A DNA stretch of 63,961 nucleotides, filler included, from Craspedostauros australis (Eukaryota): the NCBI GenBank assembly GCA_030167865.1. It is 14 parts of 14 records of this genome, joined end to end, with 100 filler letters (N's around TTAATTAATTAA, not from the genome) between each part and the next. Parts side by side here need not be neighbours in the genome. Positions count along the whole stretch, not along the records: positions 1 to 6,759 come from JALAGF010000024.1; positions 6,860 to 13,703 come from JALAGF010000025.1; 12 more parts are not named here. One strand, given 5' to 3'. The translations under genes and the position numbers were made by a program. Position 1 is the stretch's first letter. Every line of letters starts with the position of its first letter. Shown in pieces: positions 1 through 12,162 of this stretch. The notes under the pieces were generated by a model. The model saw only the letters and a list, made by a program, of their open reading frames with translations. It did not search any database and was not told the origin of the DNA.

Positions 1-278
1 TCGAACGACGGCTATTAAAATCATGGGTTTGGTTGTTGCACGACTTCTCGGGATTAAATCACGAGGCTGTGCTTCAGGGTCATTGTCGGAGTTTCTCCAT
101 GATTCTCCCAACAGTGAAACTCGAAGCTATGACCCACGAAGAGTTCCTGAGAACAACAATATGAGTCGAGAGCATTCTTTTCGCGGGAATATTTGTCATC
201 GCCATTACAACAAGTTTTAATTGGCTGGGCCAGTCATCTCCAATATCGACTAATTCGACCCTTTTTGCCGGGTGTCCC
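1..278. mobile_element. Terminal fragment of a repeated element, probably a DNA transposon end (copy 1)
   Basis: Nearly identical to 6860-7137 (one substitution seen: gacccacg vs gactcacg). Both copies begin at a window or contig edge, and identity stops abruptly after ...TTTTTGCCGGGTGTCCC. Confidence 0.7.
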
Positions 279-512
279 CGTTTTCAAACAATTCACTCAC
301 GAATGAATCACGAAACATCACGACCACTTTTTGATCAAACAAGACGTCACACGCAAATGCCAACGAGAGAAAGAAACTGCCGATCTCGGCTCCTCCATCC
401 ACCGCGATCTGTGCACATCCCATGTGATCCCAGGGCATCGCAAACTACTCGAGACTAACCCTATCCAATCCACCCATCGGCAGGAACTGCGCTGCAGAAA
501 TCCTTTTTGAAA

Positions 513-1745
513 ATGATCCACTTCGATCTGTTCATCGCGACGGTTCTCGCGCTGTTGGTTGTGGCTCATTCGTTGGCAACTCCCTCCAAGCCATCTGATT
601 CCATCCGTACAGCGAACTGCGTTGTGTGGGACAATGGTGAGTCGCTCTATTGATGGAGTTCGTCGCTCTTTGGATGGGTACTCGTAGTCGTACGGCACTG
701 TCTCACAAATATACTACCATGCACGCTCTCTTCTTGCGTCTGTTTGTTTTGCTCTGCCCATCCCTTTGCCTCCGTGCCTAACTTCACACACATTGGTACC
801 GCACCGTACCATGCCATCCCATCCCATGCCATGCCATGCTATCCCACAACAGTGCTGAATGAAGCAACGGCAAATCGATTGCATCATCTATCGAAGGAGA
901 AGGGTTCCATCCACAATGTGTTCTCCAGAAACAGAACCGCCCACGAGCTGAACGAGATGGAGGTCGTCTTGGATTCCATCCTCACGCAGCTGTCGGACAA
1001 CTCCACCTACGTCGAGTATTGGACGCGGCTGGAATGGAAATCCATCGAGGCGCATGCGGATGTCGACGAACGCCTGGCGAAGGACAGCGATGCATCCGGC
1101 ACTGTCCCGTACCGCTACCCCACAAGCGGCCACGTGCTGTACTTGAACGTCGGCACGCACGTGCGCGGTCCGACCTGCGTCTTTCCCGGTCGGCGCAGCG
1201 GCGGCGATCTTGTGCGGCATGCCGTGCAGCTCGTGACCGTGCCGGCCGTCGAGGGGCGGCTGTTGCGGTTTCAAGGCGATACCTTGCACGCGGTGCCGAG
1301 ACCGCACAATTTCTGGATGCTGCCATTCGTGCGCGGGGCGCCGCAGCAAACGCCGGAGGAAATGTGGGGCCGCAGCGTGATACTGTTCAACACGTGGGGC
1401 GATGCGCCGCCGCAGGACATTCCGTTGGATGTGGAACATTTCTTTGGTGGGGTCGCGGACGACGAGCAAGATCGAGAACGTCATCAGCAATGGCATAGAT
1501 CCAATGAGTATTCGCTTTGGTCGAAGGCATTTCATCATGAATCAGACGATCCAAGCTGCGATGCGCAACAGGTGCCGACGGATGAAGATGGCGAGGAGAT
1601 GGTGAATGCCAAGATCTGGTTGCTGGGCAACGAACGGCGACGCGAGCACACGATGCGAACCATCAAGATGAAGGCACCATCGAATCTTGAATCCGCCTTG
1701 GGCCAAACGCATGAGGTGAACCGTCTCTTGCTGCAGCAGCTATAG
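513..1745 (+). CDS. Secreted or organelle-targeted 2OG-Fe(II) oxygenase-like protein; 2 exons (513-636, 853-1745)
   Basis: ATG at 513 gives a signal peptide (MIHFDLFIATVLALLVVAHSLA). A GTGAGT donor at 637 and CAG acceptor at 852 join in frame to VLNEATANR. Motifs EYW..., H-A-D (HxD), HVLYL...GPT and GRLLRFQGDTLHAV fit the double-stranded beta-helix HxD...H triad. Confidence 0.7.
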
Positions 1746-1892
1746 TGCTAAGGAATTGCATAATGGAATGCTTATGAATTTAGCTTCAAGTCCGCCACGT
1801 TACATGGAATCTATATTGCTATCGCAACTTCCTTCAGGTTTTTGTTGGGTTGTTGCATTGCATCGTAATGGATGGTCGTCGTTCGCACCGTG

Positions 1893-2864
1893 CTATCTGT
1901 AGCTCGACAGGACGTCACATCCGACGACCGTTGGATTGCGTCGCAACGGAAGGAACTGATTCCAATCGCTGTCAAAGATGTCGTCCATGATGGACGTGTG
2001 GGCATGGTGTGAATTGTGCACCGGATATCCTCGCAAACAATCGTTGTTTGGGATGCCATCACGGTATTGTTGTTGTTGCAGTTGGACCTGCGGCATGATC
2101 TGCCGTCTTCGGCTTTTGGAGGCAGTGTGGTGAGGGTTAGGATTCTGACCATGCTGCTGTTGCCGTTCATAGTCTTGCCGCGCTTGCAATTGCTGCCGCC
2201 GCAGATGTTTGTATCGATTGTAGGACTGATGGCGCTGCCGCAAGGCGTGGATGGGATGCACGAATTGCCCCAGCGCGGCATCGTAGTTCATGTCATCCTC
2301 CAGCACCACGTTCTTCCAATCGCGACCTTCGAATTCGAATTCCAGCTTATTTTGCTGCTTCATGCGGCGGATTTCATGCCCGGTCGTCCACAGATGATGG
2401 CGGATGCGGTTGGAGTATTCATGACGCGTGGGGATCTGCAGGATGGTGACGGTGGGATCGAATCGCACGCCGCTTTGCGACGATTGCGTCGTGGAAGCGC
2501 TGCTGACCGTCTCGCTGTCGGTGTCACCGCATTCGTAGATCGCATGCGCGTCATTGAGGCGTCCCTTCAGCGTGTGGTGCGTCTTGGGAGATTGTTGTGC
2601 TTGTTTTGCCTTGCATCCATCGGGCGGTGGCGTCGGGATGAAGAGACCCAGTCGGTTGAACAATCTTCGGCGTGTCTCGACGACGGTGACAGGTCGGCGC
2701 AACAAGTGACAGCGTCGTTGTTGCTGCTGTTGTTGTTGCCGTTGTTGCGGTTGATGATCGCACTCGTCATGTTCGGAAGACTTCGCCCGTTGACATTGCC
2801 TCCCATCGGCGGCCCGATTGGCAGCAGATCCTCCCATCGTCATCGTCATTGTCGTTGTCATCAT
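1893..2864 (-). CDS. Uncharacterised protein, paralog of 4901-5863, with a VxF...IPTRHEYS...W...EF..EG..W domain
   Basis: Long ORF with poly-Q stretches. It shares RLFNRLGL and VRFDPTVTILQIPTRHEYSNRIRHHLW...EFEFEGRDWKNVVLEDDM...VHP with the neighbouring gene. The start codon is uncertain. Confidence 0.75.
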   Translation of the reverse strand: MMTTTMTMTMGGSAANRAADGRQCQRAKSSEHDECDHQPQQRQQQQQQQRRCHLLRRPVTVVETRRRLFNRLGLFIPTPPPDGCKAKQAQQSPKTHHTLKGRLNDAHAIYECGDTDSETVSSASTTQSSQSGVRFDPTVTILQIPTRHEYSNRIRHHLWTTGHEIRRMKQQNKLEFEFEGRDWKNVVLEDDMNYDAALGQFVHPIHALRQRHQSYNRYKHLRRQQLQARQDYERQQQHGQNPNPHHTASKSRRRQIMPQVQLQQQQYRDGIPNNDCLRGYPVHNSHHAHTSIMDDIFDSDWNQFLPLRRNPTVVGCDVLSSYR

Positions 2865-4900
2865 CTTGTGTGATTGCCTCCACTTGTTTGCTGGATCCCT
2901 GCGCTGTCTTTGTCTGCGTCGATCTTTCGTCCTTGCACTCAAGTATCGAGAGTGATCGCTTCCGACACAAGACGTGAACAGTGCTTCTGCTCGTATTGGA
3001 ACTGGCACGTCGATACAGCACCGATCCTGTCCGCATGAAGTGTGCGTGTGCGTGTGCGTGTGAATACCGATAGAACAGCGAGCGCTGACAGAACGTGAGA
3101 ATAGGAATTGATTGGATGCGTTCGTTCCTGTGTTGTTTTGTCATCGAGCGTTGGAGATACAGAGACTCAGGTACATACGACGAGAGCGCAGCGGTCCAGA
3201 ACAGCCAACGGCAGTCGTAGGAACTCACCCTTCCTGCTGGCCTCCTCTGCTTGGCACCCAGTTGGCGAGATTGACACCGTCCTTCAACACTGCAAACGCG
3301 AACCTTTCTGATTCCAAAGGGGTGCTGATACTTTGTCTTGACGGATGTGATCAGAACCGATGAAGGCAGAGTTGTGGAGGGATGAGAGTTGCTTGCGCTG
3401 TTGCTCTTTTCAACGTCCCGATGGATGGCGATGTTACTTGTGAATGATGATGATGAATGTTGTTGTGTGTTTTGTGTGTTTTGTGTGTTTTGTGTTGTGT
3501 GTCGGTTCCAATGCGGTTTCAAAGCTGTCCGAACGAAGACGAGCAGAGCATTAAAATGGTCCGATTGCTCTACACAACAACACACCACAACTTGTTGAAG
3601 AGTCAACGGAATGTCAAATCACGGACAATTACCTACCCCGAATTTGTCGATCATGTGTGCGCAGTGCTTTTTCCATTCCACACACAACATCCAATGATTT
3701 ATCCTGTGTGCAGTCGCCGCAGAACGATGATAATCTTGCATCAAGCGTGCAACACCACAAGTTATGTGTAATTTGTCTTGATATTTCAGTACCAGCGAAT
3801 GCAGGCCCTTATGTAAAAGTCTTGGACTTCGCATTTGAGAGAACCTGGCTACGTCAGCTGGGCACAACTTCGCCGCGTTTGCTATGTAATTCGGGGCTGT
3901 ATGTTTGTCTGCGAAGGGACACCAGAGCACTGGCAAGCGCTGAGTTGCGTTCGTCGACAGGCGTCGCGTGGTCATGGATTGCAAGCATGCCACGTTGCTC
4001 GTCGCCTCTCGAACAGCGACGAACAACAGCCCAAACACACACAAGAGAGGAATACGATCGATGCGCTTTGACGATGACGCAAGCCAAATCAGATAGATCA
4101 ACATCAGCCCATGTGACAACAGCTCGCGAATCGTTGTCGGGGAATCATCTTTCCTCCCGTCAAGGCGGTGCGTGCATGATGTGGATCAACGTCTCTGACA
4201 CCGTCTTCTTGACATCGTTGACATCATCGGAGGGAAGGGAGGCGGTAGGTGTTGATGCGTGCGTACGAAGTTGTTGTTGTGTATGACTATGTTCACATCA
4301 CGGCAGTCCGCTTCCATGGCAGGCAGAGCAGAGAGCACTCCAAAGCGATCCTAAGGAATCCAGGATTGTGCGGCAATACCTTATTCTGTGGTACATGCAC
4401 ATGCGCGTCGATTGTTCATCGACGATGGTTTGCTACTTGTATATCCTACAATATGAATATAATTGGACTGTATCATGAATTGGTGCATGTAGAGCATCCA
4501 ACTTGCTTGTTCTTGTCATGATCTGAGATCAGGTGCGCATGTCGCATTGACGCGTGGATGAAATGATCGATCGTTGTTGAACGCGAACTGCGATCGTTTT
4601 GTGCCATCACCAGTTGCTGTTGTGCTGCTGGAGCCGAATGACCATTCCTCTATCGATGGGTGCGGCAAGCTGCACGTTCCACCACCACGGTGGGCGAGCA
4701 CGTTGAAGAGCGATTCAGAATCAACCAGAGAGAGAGAGAGTTGCAACCGGATCGTCAATGGCAGGCCCACGAACCTTTTCTGCGCTGCCCTGTGCGGTGG
4801 CAGCCTCAAGGACAGAGAATCCTGATGGTTGATAGAGGCATCATTCCCAAACACGTTGAGTATGCTCGTTGCGATAACATCATCTCCGCCGGCACATGGC

Positions 4901-5863
4901 CTACGCGGTCTTGATGGGAGTTCCCTGCGCCATGGCGGGCTGATTGGTCGTTGATGTATTCGTTGCTGTCTCCGAAGCAGCAGACGACGCTGCTCTGGGC
5001 ACATCGCCAACCCACGCTGGATGGACGAGTTCTCCGCTCGCCGAACAGATGTACATGCCCTCATCTTCGATGACGTTCTCCCACTTCCATCCCTCGCTGG
5101 CAAACTCCACCGCGTTGCGTTCCGCATTCTCCTGCAGTTCGTGGCGGTTGCTCCAGATTTTGGATTTGATGCGGTCGCTGTACTCGTGCCGCGTGGGGAT
5201 GGGCATGACGTCGACGACGTCCTGGAAGGCTATCCTCGACGTCTTGGGCGGCAGGCCGTTGGTGGCCACGGTGTCGCTGGTGTCGGATGGTGCTGTGGAA
5301 GCATCGCCTTCGGGTGAGAGGATGCCTTTGTTGTTGTTGTTGTTATTGGTGGAGATGTGGGTGGTTGACGCCCTGCCGCTGGTGACGGGATTGCTGTGCT
5401 CGTCGTCATCGTAGTCATGCGTCTTGAGCTCCTCCTGAAAGGGAACGACGCCGGCCAGAATGTCGCGCTGCACGGATCCATCCGGCGGCGACTGCATCAT
5501 CGTGTAACCCACGCCCATGCCCCGCAGGATGCGCACCCTGCGGTGCTGCGCCGCCGTCATGGGCTGCACGTGCGTCATGCGGCCTGGCTGCCTGTCGGTG
5601 GAGGCCGTGCCGTAGATGCCGAGGCGGTTGAGGAGCCTCGAGCGGATCTCGTTGGAGTCCTTGCCGAGGCTCGTGGACATGCTGGTCATGGTGAAGACGC
5701 TCTTGTCGTCGGACGTTGTCTGGACGGTCTCCGGCGACGGCTCCTGCGGATGCAGGATGGTGGTCGAGGCCGCGGCCATTGCGGACGTCGTGGCTGCCGC
5801 CGAGATGCCCGCGGTGACAGGTCCCGCGACGATTGGATCGATGCTGTGGCTGTTGGAGACCAT
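4901..5863 (-). CDS. Uncharacterised protein, paralog of 1893-2864
   Basis: GC3-rich ORF with a CA-rich leader upstream. Motifs RLLNRLGI and RIAFQDVVDVMPIPTRHEYSDRIKSKIW...EFASEGWKWENVIEDEGM...LVHP. Confidence 0.8.
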   Translation of the reverse strand: MVSNSHSIDPIVAGPVTAGISAAATTSAMAAASTTILHPQEPSPETVQTTSDDKSVFTMTSMSTSLGKDSNEIRSRLLNRLGIYGTASTDRQPGRMTHVQPMTAAQHRRVRILRGMGVGYTMMQSPPDGSVQRDILAGVVPFQEELKTHDYDDDEHSNPVTSGRASTTHISTNNNNNNKGILSPEGDASTAPSDTSDTVATNGLPPKTSRIAFQDVVDVMPIPTRHEYSDRIKSKIWSNRHELQENAERNAVEFASEGWKWENVIEDEGMYICSASGELVHPAWVGDVPRAASSAASETATNTSTTNQPAMAQGTPIKTA

Positions 5864-6759
5864 GGTGCGTTGATTGTGCGTTGATTGTGCGTCGCTTGCG
5901 AGTTGACTAAGATTGCCAGGGTGCTGTGCCACTGCCTTTGCCTTTTCGTGCGAAAGCGAATGAATGTGGACCACTTGAGTGTCAGTCTCTGGTGTCAACT
6001 CGATCGTATTGCCACTACGACTAGTCGTATGCGAGAAGAGGATGAGGTTGGCGGGGGGTGTTTCTTGCTGCGTCTGTGTGCGAGTGCAAGTGTGTGTGTT
6101 GTCTTGTTGTGCTCGCAATGTTGGATCTCCGCGCGAAAATCTGTGCAGTTCTGCCACAGATCTTGCCTTGTTGCGTGTCCAGCGGGTCGACCAACACGAG
6201 TTATTTGGGTGTTTGGCGCAGCGCAGATGTGCAAACGAAATTGGTTTCGTTTAGCGACTTGCCACAACAACCAACGGGCATCCGCTCTGCGTCGCGAGCG
6301 AAGTGATCCCATCCTCTTTCCCTCTTGCGCTGTTTGACGCGCTCCTTCGTTGCTGCGTTGGGCCAATCGCAAGATGTTTGGAAATTTGTCAACATCGTCT
6401 GAGGCGTAGCCGTACCAAACCTACCATTTCTCTACGCACCCGTACAACAATTCCAGACCACTCCACAGGGAGCAACGGTAAAAAATGAAAATTACCATAG
6501 GTCGGAAAATAAGCTGAAATGAAACACGTACGCTACGGTGGCTTGGACTGAATAGCATGACCGGGGCAACCAGTGTTGGAGTGCGGAGAGCGAAGCAACT
6601 CACAAACCCGAGAAGCACCACTCCTGTGTTGTTGGCAACTGCTGGTTTTGCTGATTAAGTGTGCATTTGTTCGTATTGTGGTTGATTGACTTGTGTGGGA
6701 CTATTGATGTGTGGAGTAGTTAAGGTGCCATTGGGGTTGCTGCCTTTGGGCGTCTGAGT

Positions 6760-6859
6760 NNNNNNNNNNNNNNNNNNNNNNNNNNNNNNNNNNNNNNNNN
6801 NNNTTAATTAATTAANNNNNNNNNNNNNNNNNNNNNNNNNNNNNNNNNNNNNNNNNNNN
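6760..6859. other. Artificial contig linker N-TTAATTAATTAA-N (first of 13)
   Basis: The same six-frame-stop 12-mer flanked by N runs occurs at 6804, 13748, 19378, 20704, 21876, 48794, 50146, 52313, 54099, 55516, 56717, 58490 and 59633. Confidence 0.97.
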
Positions 6860-7137
6860 TCGAACGACGGCTATTAAAATCATGGGTTTGGTTGTTGCAC
6901 GACTTCTCGGGATTAAATCACGAGGCTGTGCTTCAGGGTCATTGTCGGAGTTTCTCCATGATTCTCCCAACAGTGAAACTCGAAGCTATGACTCACGAAG
7001 AGTTCCTGAGAACAACAATATGAGTCGAGAGCATTCTTTTCGCGGGAATATTTGTCATCGCCATTACAACAAGTTTTAATTGGCTGGGCCAGTCATCTCC
7101 AATATCGACTAATTCGACCCTTTTTGCCGGGTGTCCC
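6860..7137. mobile_element. Terminal fragment of a repeated element (copy 2)
   Basis: Same sequence as 1-278 with a different 3' flank (agacgtgag vs cgttttcaa). Confidence 0.7.
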
Positions 7138-10100
7138 AGACGTGAGTTTTGCGCTGTCGTGTTTCGTGCTTCGTGTTTCGGTCAGTTCTCTGTCTCAACG
7201 AATCTTCGGACAGAGATGATGCGTGCGTTTTTGTGTGTGGTATTGTGTGTGCTTCACTTCGGTTGGCCACCGCATGGGTGATGTGGCCGTATCTGGTTTG
7301 ATGGGTCATCATCACAGCCTGTGTCCTTCACATGGGAGGTTTGAATGAGTAATATTCTACAATATCCTATGTACCAGGAGGGTACGAGCTATGGTATTGA
7401 TCGTATACCATCATTGGACTTCATGCTCATTGGTGAAGCCGGTAGTGATGGTGGGAGTGGGAGTGGGAGTGGTGATGATGGTGGTGGGAGCGGAGTGATG
7501 GAGAGGTTGATGGGGAGATCTATTGAGTTGGTTTGCGATGGTCGTAATGATACTCGCCATCGGCATCAGCATCGGCATCGAGGCCACCATCGCATGTGGT
7601 GGGTAGCGTCTTTGGGGATGCTACTTGCTCCGGAAGGGTCGTACGTAGTCGTATTGGGAGGCCGTCGTCATGCACGCATACATACCTGCATGCATGCATG
7701 TGTTGATGAGATGGAGAACAGAGATTGGCAACAGGCATGCCTCTCTGTTCGAAGAGTGGGAAGGATACCCGAGCGGGGTGTGTCACATGCGTCGTGCTCT
7801 CCCACGGATATTCAGACATGAGCGAGTCCACAAGAGCGGCCATTCTACCCATAGTTTGCTAATGGGTAGTATTATATGTTTGTTGATGATGTTTGATATT
7901 CCTGTCGGCGAGAGTCGCAGCCTCGCAACATCATGTCTCTGGACATGTCTTCCATCCTCGCGGGTTCTATCCACTCCAAGCGTACCGACACGCTCACCCG
8001 CTCACTTGTGGGAGCAAGAAGCGAGCAGCGTGTGGAAACGATGGACTGCGCCACGCCCGTACATGCGATTCCCATCTCTACGCAGCTCGCAGATCGTACG
8101 CGTATCACACAGCGCTCCATGTTCCGTCTCTGTCTGCTCACCTCATCTTGCGCTCTCTGGCCGGACCAAAGCAGCATTTGCAGACATGCGAGGACAGAGA
8201 CTGTCAAAGACACAAATGCACCGGACAACTTGTCTTTGCGCCATGAGGGGAGGATGGTGTGGGACGGTGCAGGCCGGAATCGTCTCGGAGAACAAAGACG
8301 TGCTGTGATGGCATATGCCGTGAATGACCATGACAGCCATTGCTGGCATTTGTTCCATGGGAGATACGATCTACTTCGACCTATCATACGGCCTATACGA
8401 GCTGCTGGACGCGCAGACGGCAGATGTGAACGTGTAGCAGACAGAGATTGAGACAGAACTATTAGATCGCACGAGACACAGCGCAACTGGAGAGAAGTGA
8501 CAGTGGGAGCTGTTCCCGTGGTGGTTTGTGTGCAGCAGCATCGATCACAAGAGACAGAAGGGCAGCCAGAGGACAGGTATTATGCGATCTACGACCTACT
8601 CGCGCCATGCGATGGTGATGAATGGCTCGCCTGCCATGAGTGCTCGACTCTCACGTTCTTTCTTCGCTCTGTCTGTACAAGTAGTCGTAGCTCGCACACG
8701 CCTCGGCATGTTTGGCTCAGATATTCTTCCTCCTCTGTCTGCCTCTTGGCTCCCTCATTCCTGCTTCTTGGTCACATCTATTGGTTGTGACCGAACTGCC
8801 TGAATGGCCTCTCCGCCCGGGAAGGAAGTACCCAACTCCTCGATTCCATAAATGCGGAGGATTGTGCGAGTGGTGCTCACCCTTGCTTCCTTTATCAAGA
8901 GAGAGAGAGAGAGAGAGGGCCGTCGCCTCCGGTGATGCATTTGACATTGGTCTTGGGAGAAGACCGCGCACACGAGCTTTTGGACATCACTCGTTGTGGT
9001 CTCCTCATGTGATCAAGTCTCCTCATTTGAAATGTCATCGCAACGCCGTCATAGCCCACATGTGGCATGGGGGCGAAGCATCATCCACTGAGCCTCTTTC
9101 GCTCCGTTGGTGTCTGTTTCCATTCCTCGTAGCAGCAGGAACAGGAACACGACGCAGCAGTCTTCTCCGTCTCTTGGTTGCGCATTTGCTTGCGCACTCT
9201 GCAGGACCTCGTGCCGTCATTTCGTTCCATTCACTCTCTGATGACCGTCTCCAAGACTCATCATCATGAGCGTCGCTCCTTCATGTTCATCTTCTTGTGG
9301 TCGTCTCCATCGTCGAGGATTGATCTGAGTTTCGCAAGGTGTGAGTGTTGGGAGATGTGGCGTGGTCACCAACAAGTATTGGTACTATATTCTGCTATGG
9401 TTGCATTGGTAGCATCACGTGGTCCTTCATGGGGCATGGCGCCGCTTCCATTCTTCCCCACTCCAGCACAACACACTCATGGAAGGTGTTGTTAGAGATC
9501 TTGGACCTGGAACTTTCGCGCACCCCTTCGTTCTCGGTCTCTCTCTTGATGTGAGGAGTGTTGGCAGATCAAACTGACATCCCGGTTCGCAGTTCAATGC
9601 CCATTTTCTTGATGCGCGTGGCGAATTGCAAGATGTGGAAGATTCGCTGCTTCCTCGGGCACCATGTCGGGGACTGCGCGCATTCCTGACATGTGTGTGT
9701 ACAGCAGCTGCCGGATGTGGAGAAGTCCACGCACACGTACGCGATGGCGTTGCCGACGGTGGATGGAAAGGAGACAGAGAGAAACCGGAATTCCGTGTGG
9801 ATCAGAAAACCAGCAGATTCATGATGGGAAGTGACGAGAAGCAACTTCAACGATGACAAGTTGGGAGGTAAGAAGGTAGAACTTCCGCATCGCAGACGAT
9901 CGTTGCCGCTCCATTCTCTCTCTCTCTCTCTCTCTGAGGTGGTCGGGGGGAAGCAAATTCGAACTCTCCCGTTCATGGGATGTTGTTGCGCTCGCGATGG
10001 TTCTACCGTTCTTCTTCTTGCAATTGCGCATCATGGATCGGAATGAGCGTGCAGAGAGTGGAGTGGAGTGGAGTGCTCTCCATGAACATGATGGGAACGA

Positions 10101-11284
10101 CTGTGGTTGCGCTGGATCCAGCCCTGGGCCGGTGAGCGTAGTACACAAAAGAAGACATGGCAACAGAACCCTGGATAGATTCGTTGATTATGTTGCGTGG
10201 TTGTACCCGCGAGTGTCAAGAGAGTGCCACGCAAGTGTCACGCGCGCGGGAAGAGAGAGCAAGTTGGTGTTTCCGGCATGGATGGATGTGTCTTGTTCGT
10301 GCCCTGGTGTTCGTGTGGTGCTACCCATTGCGCAACACTCGGCCACTCCTATTTTATGTGATACGAACCCTTGTGTCTCCGACCCGGCGACGATGGGAAC
10401 TCTCGGCCATTGGACAAGAGGGATGAAGCCGACTGGTAAACATCATCGTTTCGGAATGTGCCGTCTTGCGCCGGAAAGGAAGAAGGATCGCACTGGGACC
10501 ATGCTGTATTGTGTTACTGCGATAGCTATTATATGTTTTGTAATTGGTTCAGTGGTAGAGTGCATTTGTACGCCGCGCTCTGCAATGCTTATTCGCAAAC
10601 ATCTGCGGGGCTGCTGCAGCCGCCACAGCTTCGTCCACGCGTGAAAAGGTCACAAGTATGATCCCTGCCGCGTTCCGCTGTCTCCCCTCCTTCTCTCGTG
10701 CAAGCTGCGTAGTTGCGTACCCCTTGTTCGTATGGGACGTCGCAAGATGGCCACAGGTTGCGAGGTGGACGCATGCGTTCTGGGCTTGTGCTTTTGCGTA
10801 CTTGTCGACTTGGTGAGAGTTGTTGCTGTCCCTCTTGCGTTGAGCGTAAATCTCCCTGGCATCAAGTTTCATCCTTCCCTTGATCATTGTTGTTGTTGTT
10901 ATGCTGTTTGGGGCTCACTGCTTCTGTGAGACTTGAGGACAGATTGGATGCACAGTGGGTATGCCATGCATCCAATGCATTCACATCAGCTATGGATCGA
11001 ATGAAGCTGAACCGCGCAAGCGCGCTTGAATGCCGATGACTTGATGCGGAACGTCGCCCAAGGCGGAGCAGCCGTCAAGCATATGTTGGTTGACGTCTGT
11101 CCATAGCACGTGCGCACCGTGGCGTGGCATGAAACGGCATAGTTGGCGTGTGTCGTCGTGCACCCTGTGCAGTGCTCCATATGCACAGTGTGCACAGCAA
11201 CAGGATGGTGGGCAGTGCTTGCTGTTCGCGCCAAAAGACCATGTAAGTATACACCAATGGGTCAATAGTATTCTATGTGCATGG

Positions 11285-12162
11285 CTACTGGCTCATTCGT
11301 CGTTCCATCTCGTCCTCGAATGGAAAGTCGCTCACCATGGATGCCAACACGCTGTTCTTGGGATCTCTCTTGGGGCTCGTGATCTTGCCAAGGGCTGCTT
11401 TGTACACCGCCGATGGCTCGTTGGCGCCCCCCTCTCTCTTGGCGTTGTCACCCACGATGACTGAGCCTGTGATGGACACGCGCTTGACGGTTGCCAAGCT
11501 GTCCGTACCGGAGGATTCGCTGGAGCCGTCCTGTGTCATTGTGGAAGTACACTGGTATCGTATTATACTATTCTAGTGGTGAGATGGGAAGTGATGGAGT
11601 ATGAAACTGTGACGACGGAGTGCTTTGTGTTGTGGCTGTTTGGTATTGTGCTGATCTGAGTGTCTGGGGTTCGGAGAAGCACGCAGCAATTTGTGTCGCG
11701 TCACCAATTCGGAAACGCGGCAAGAGGGGCAGTGCGAGATGAAATGGAATCGGCAATAAGCAGTGGATGCTGGTTGTGAGAGGGTGAATCAAGAGAAACG
11801 ACGGATCGGCGCAATTGCTTGCGGGCGCTGAGCGGTGACGTTCCTCTTGTGGATCGCATCATTGTCGCGAACCTGGGATCGCCAAACGCGACGAGACTCA
11901 AACGATTGTTTTGTCCACGCCCAGGCGTTCGCCATTGGCGCCGGTGGCTGTGCTCATGGCTGTGCAACATTGCATGCGTCGATGATCGACGTCGTGCATC
12001 GCCAATGGTGCTCAGCTGTGTGCCGCTCTCTCTCTCTCTACGATCCCATCGGAAATGCACACCGGTTGAATCAGTCACTGCAACAAGATCGATGCTGCCA
12101 AAGTCTTGTTGTTGGAATTGATCTCGTTCGGCCAGACCAGCGTCGTCCTTGTCATTCCCCAA
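11285..12162 (-). CDS. Possible spliced hypothetical low-complexity protein
   Basis: A strong CA-rich leader (12190-12410 on the minus strand) runs into the ATG at 12162. Two protein-like ORFs (11701-12162 and 11285-11539) could be exons. Splice sites are unresolved. Confidence 0.3.

Noticed and set aside
23..220. 65-aa ORF duplicated at 6882-7079 as a gene
   Set aside because: It lies within the repeated element end and has no coding signature.
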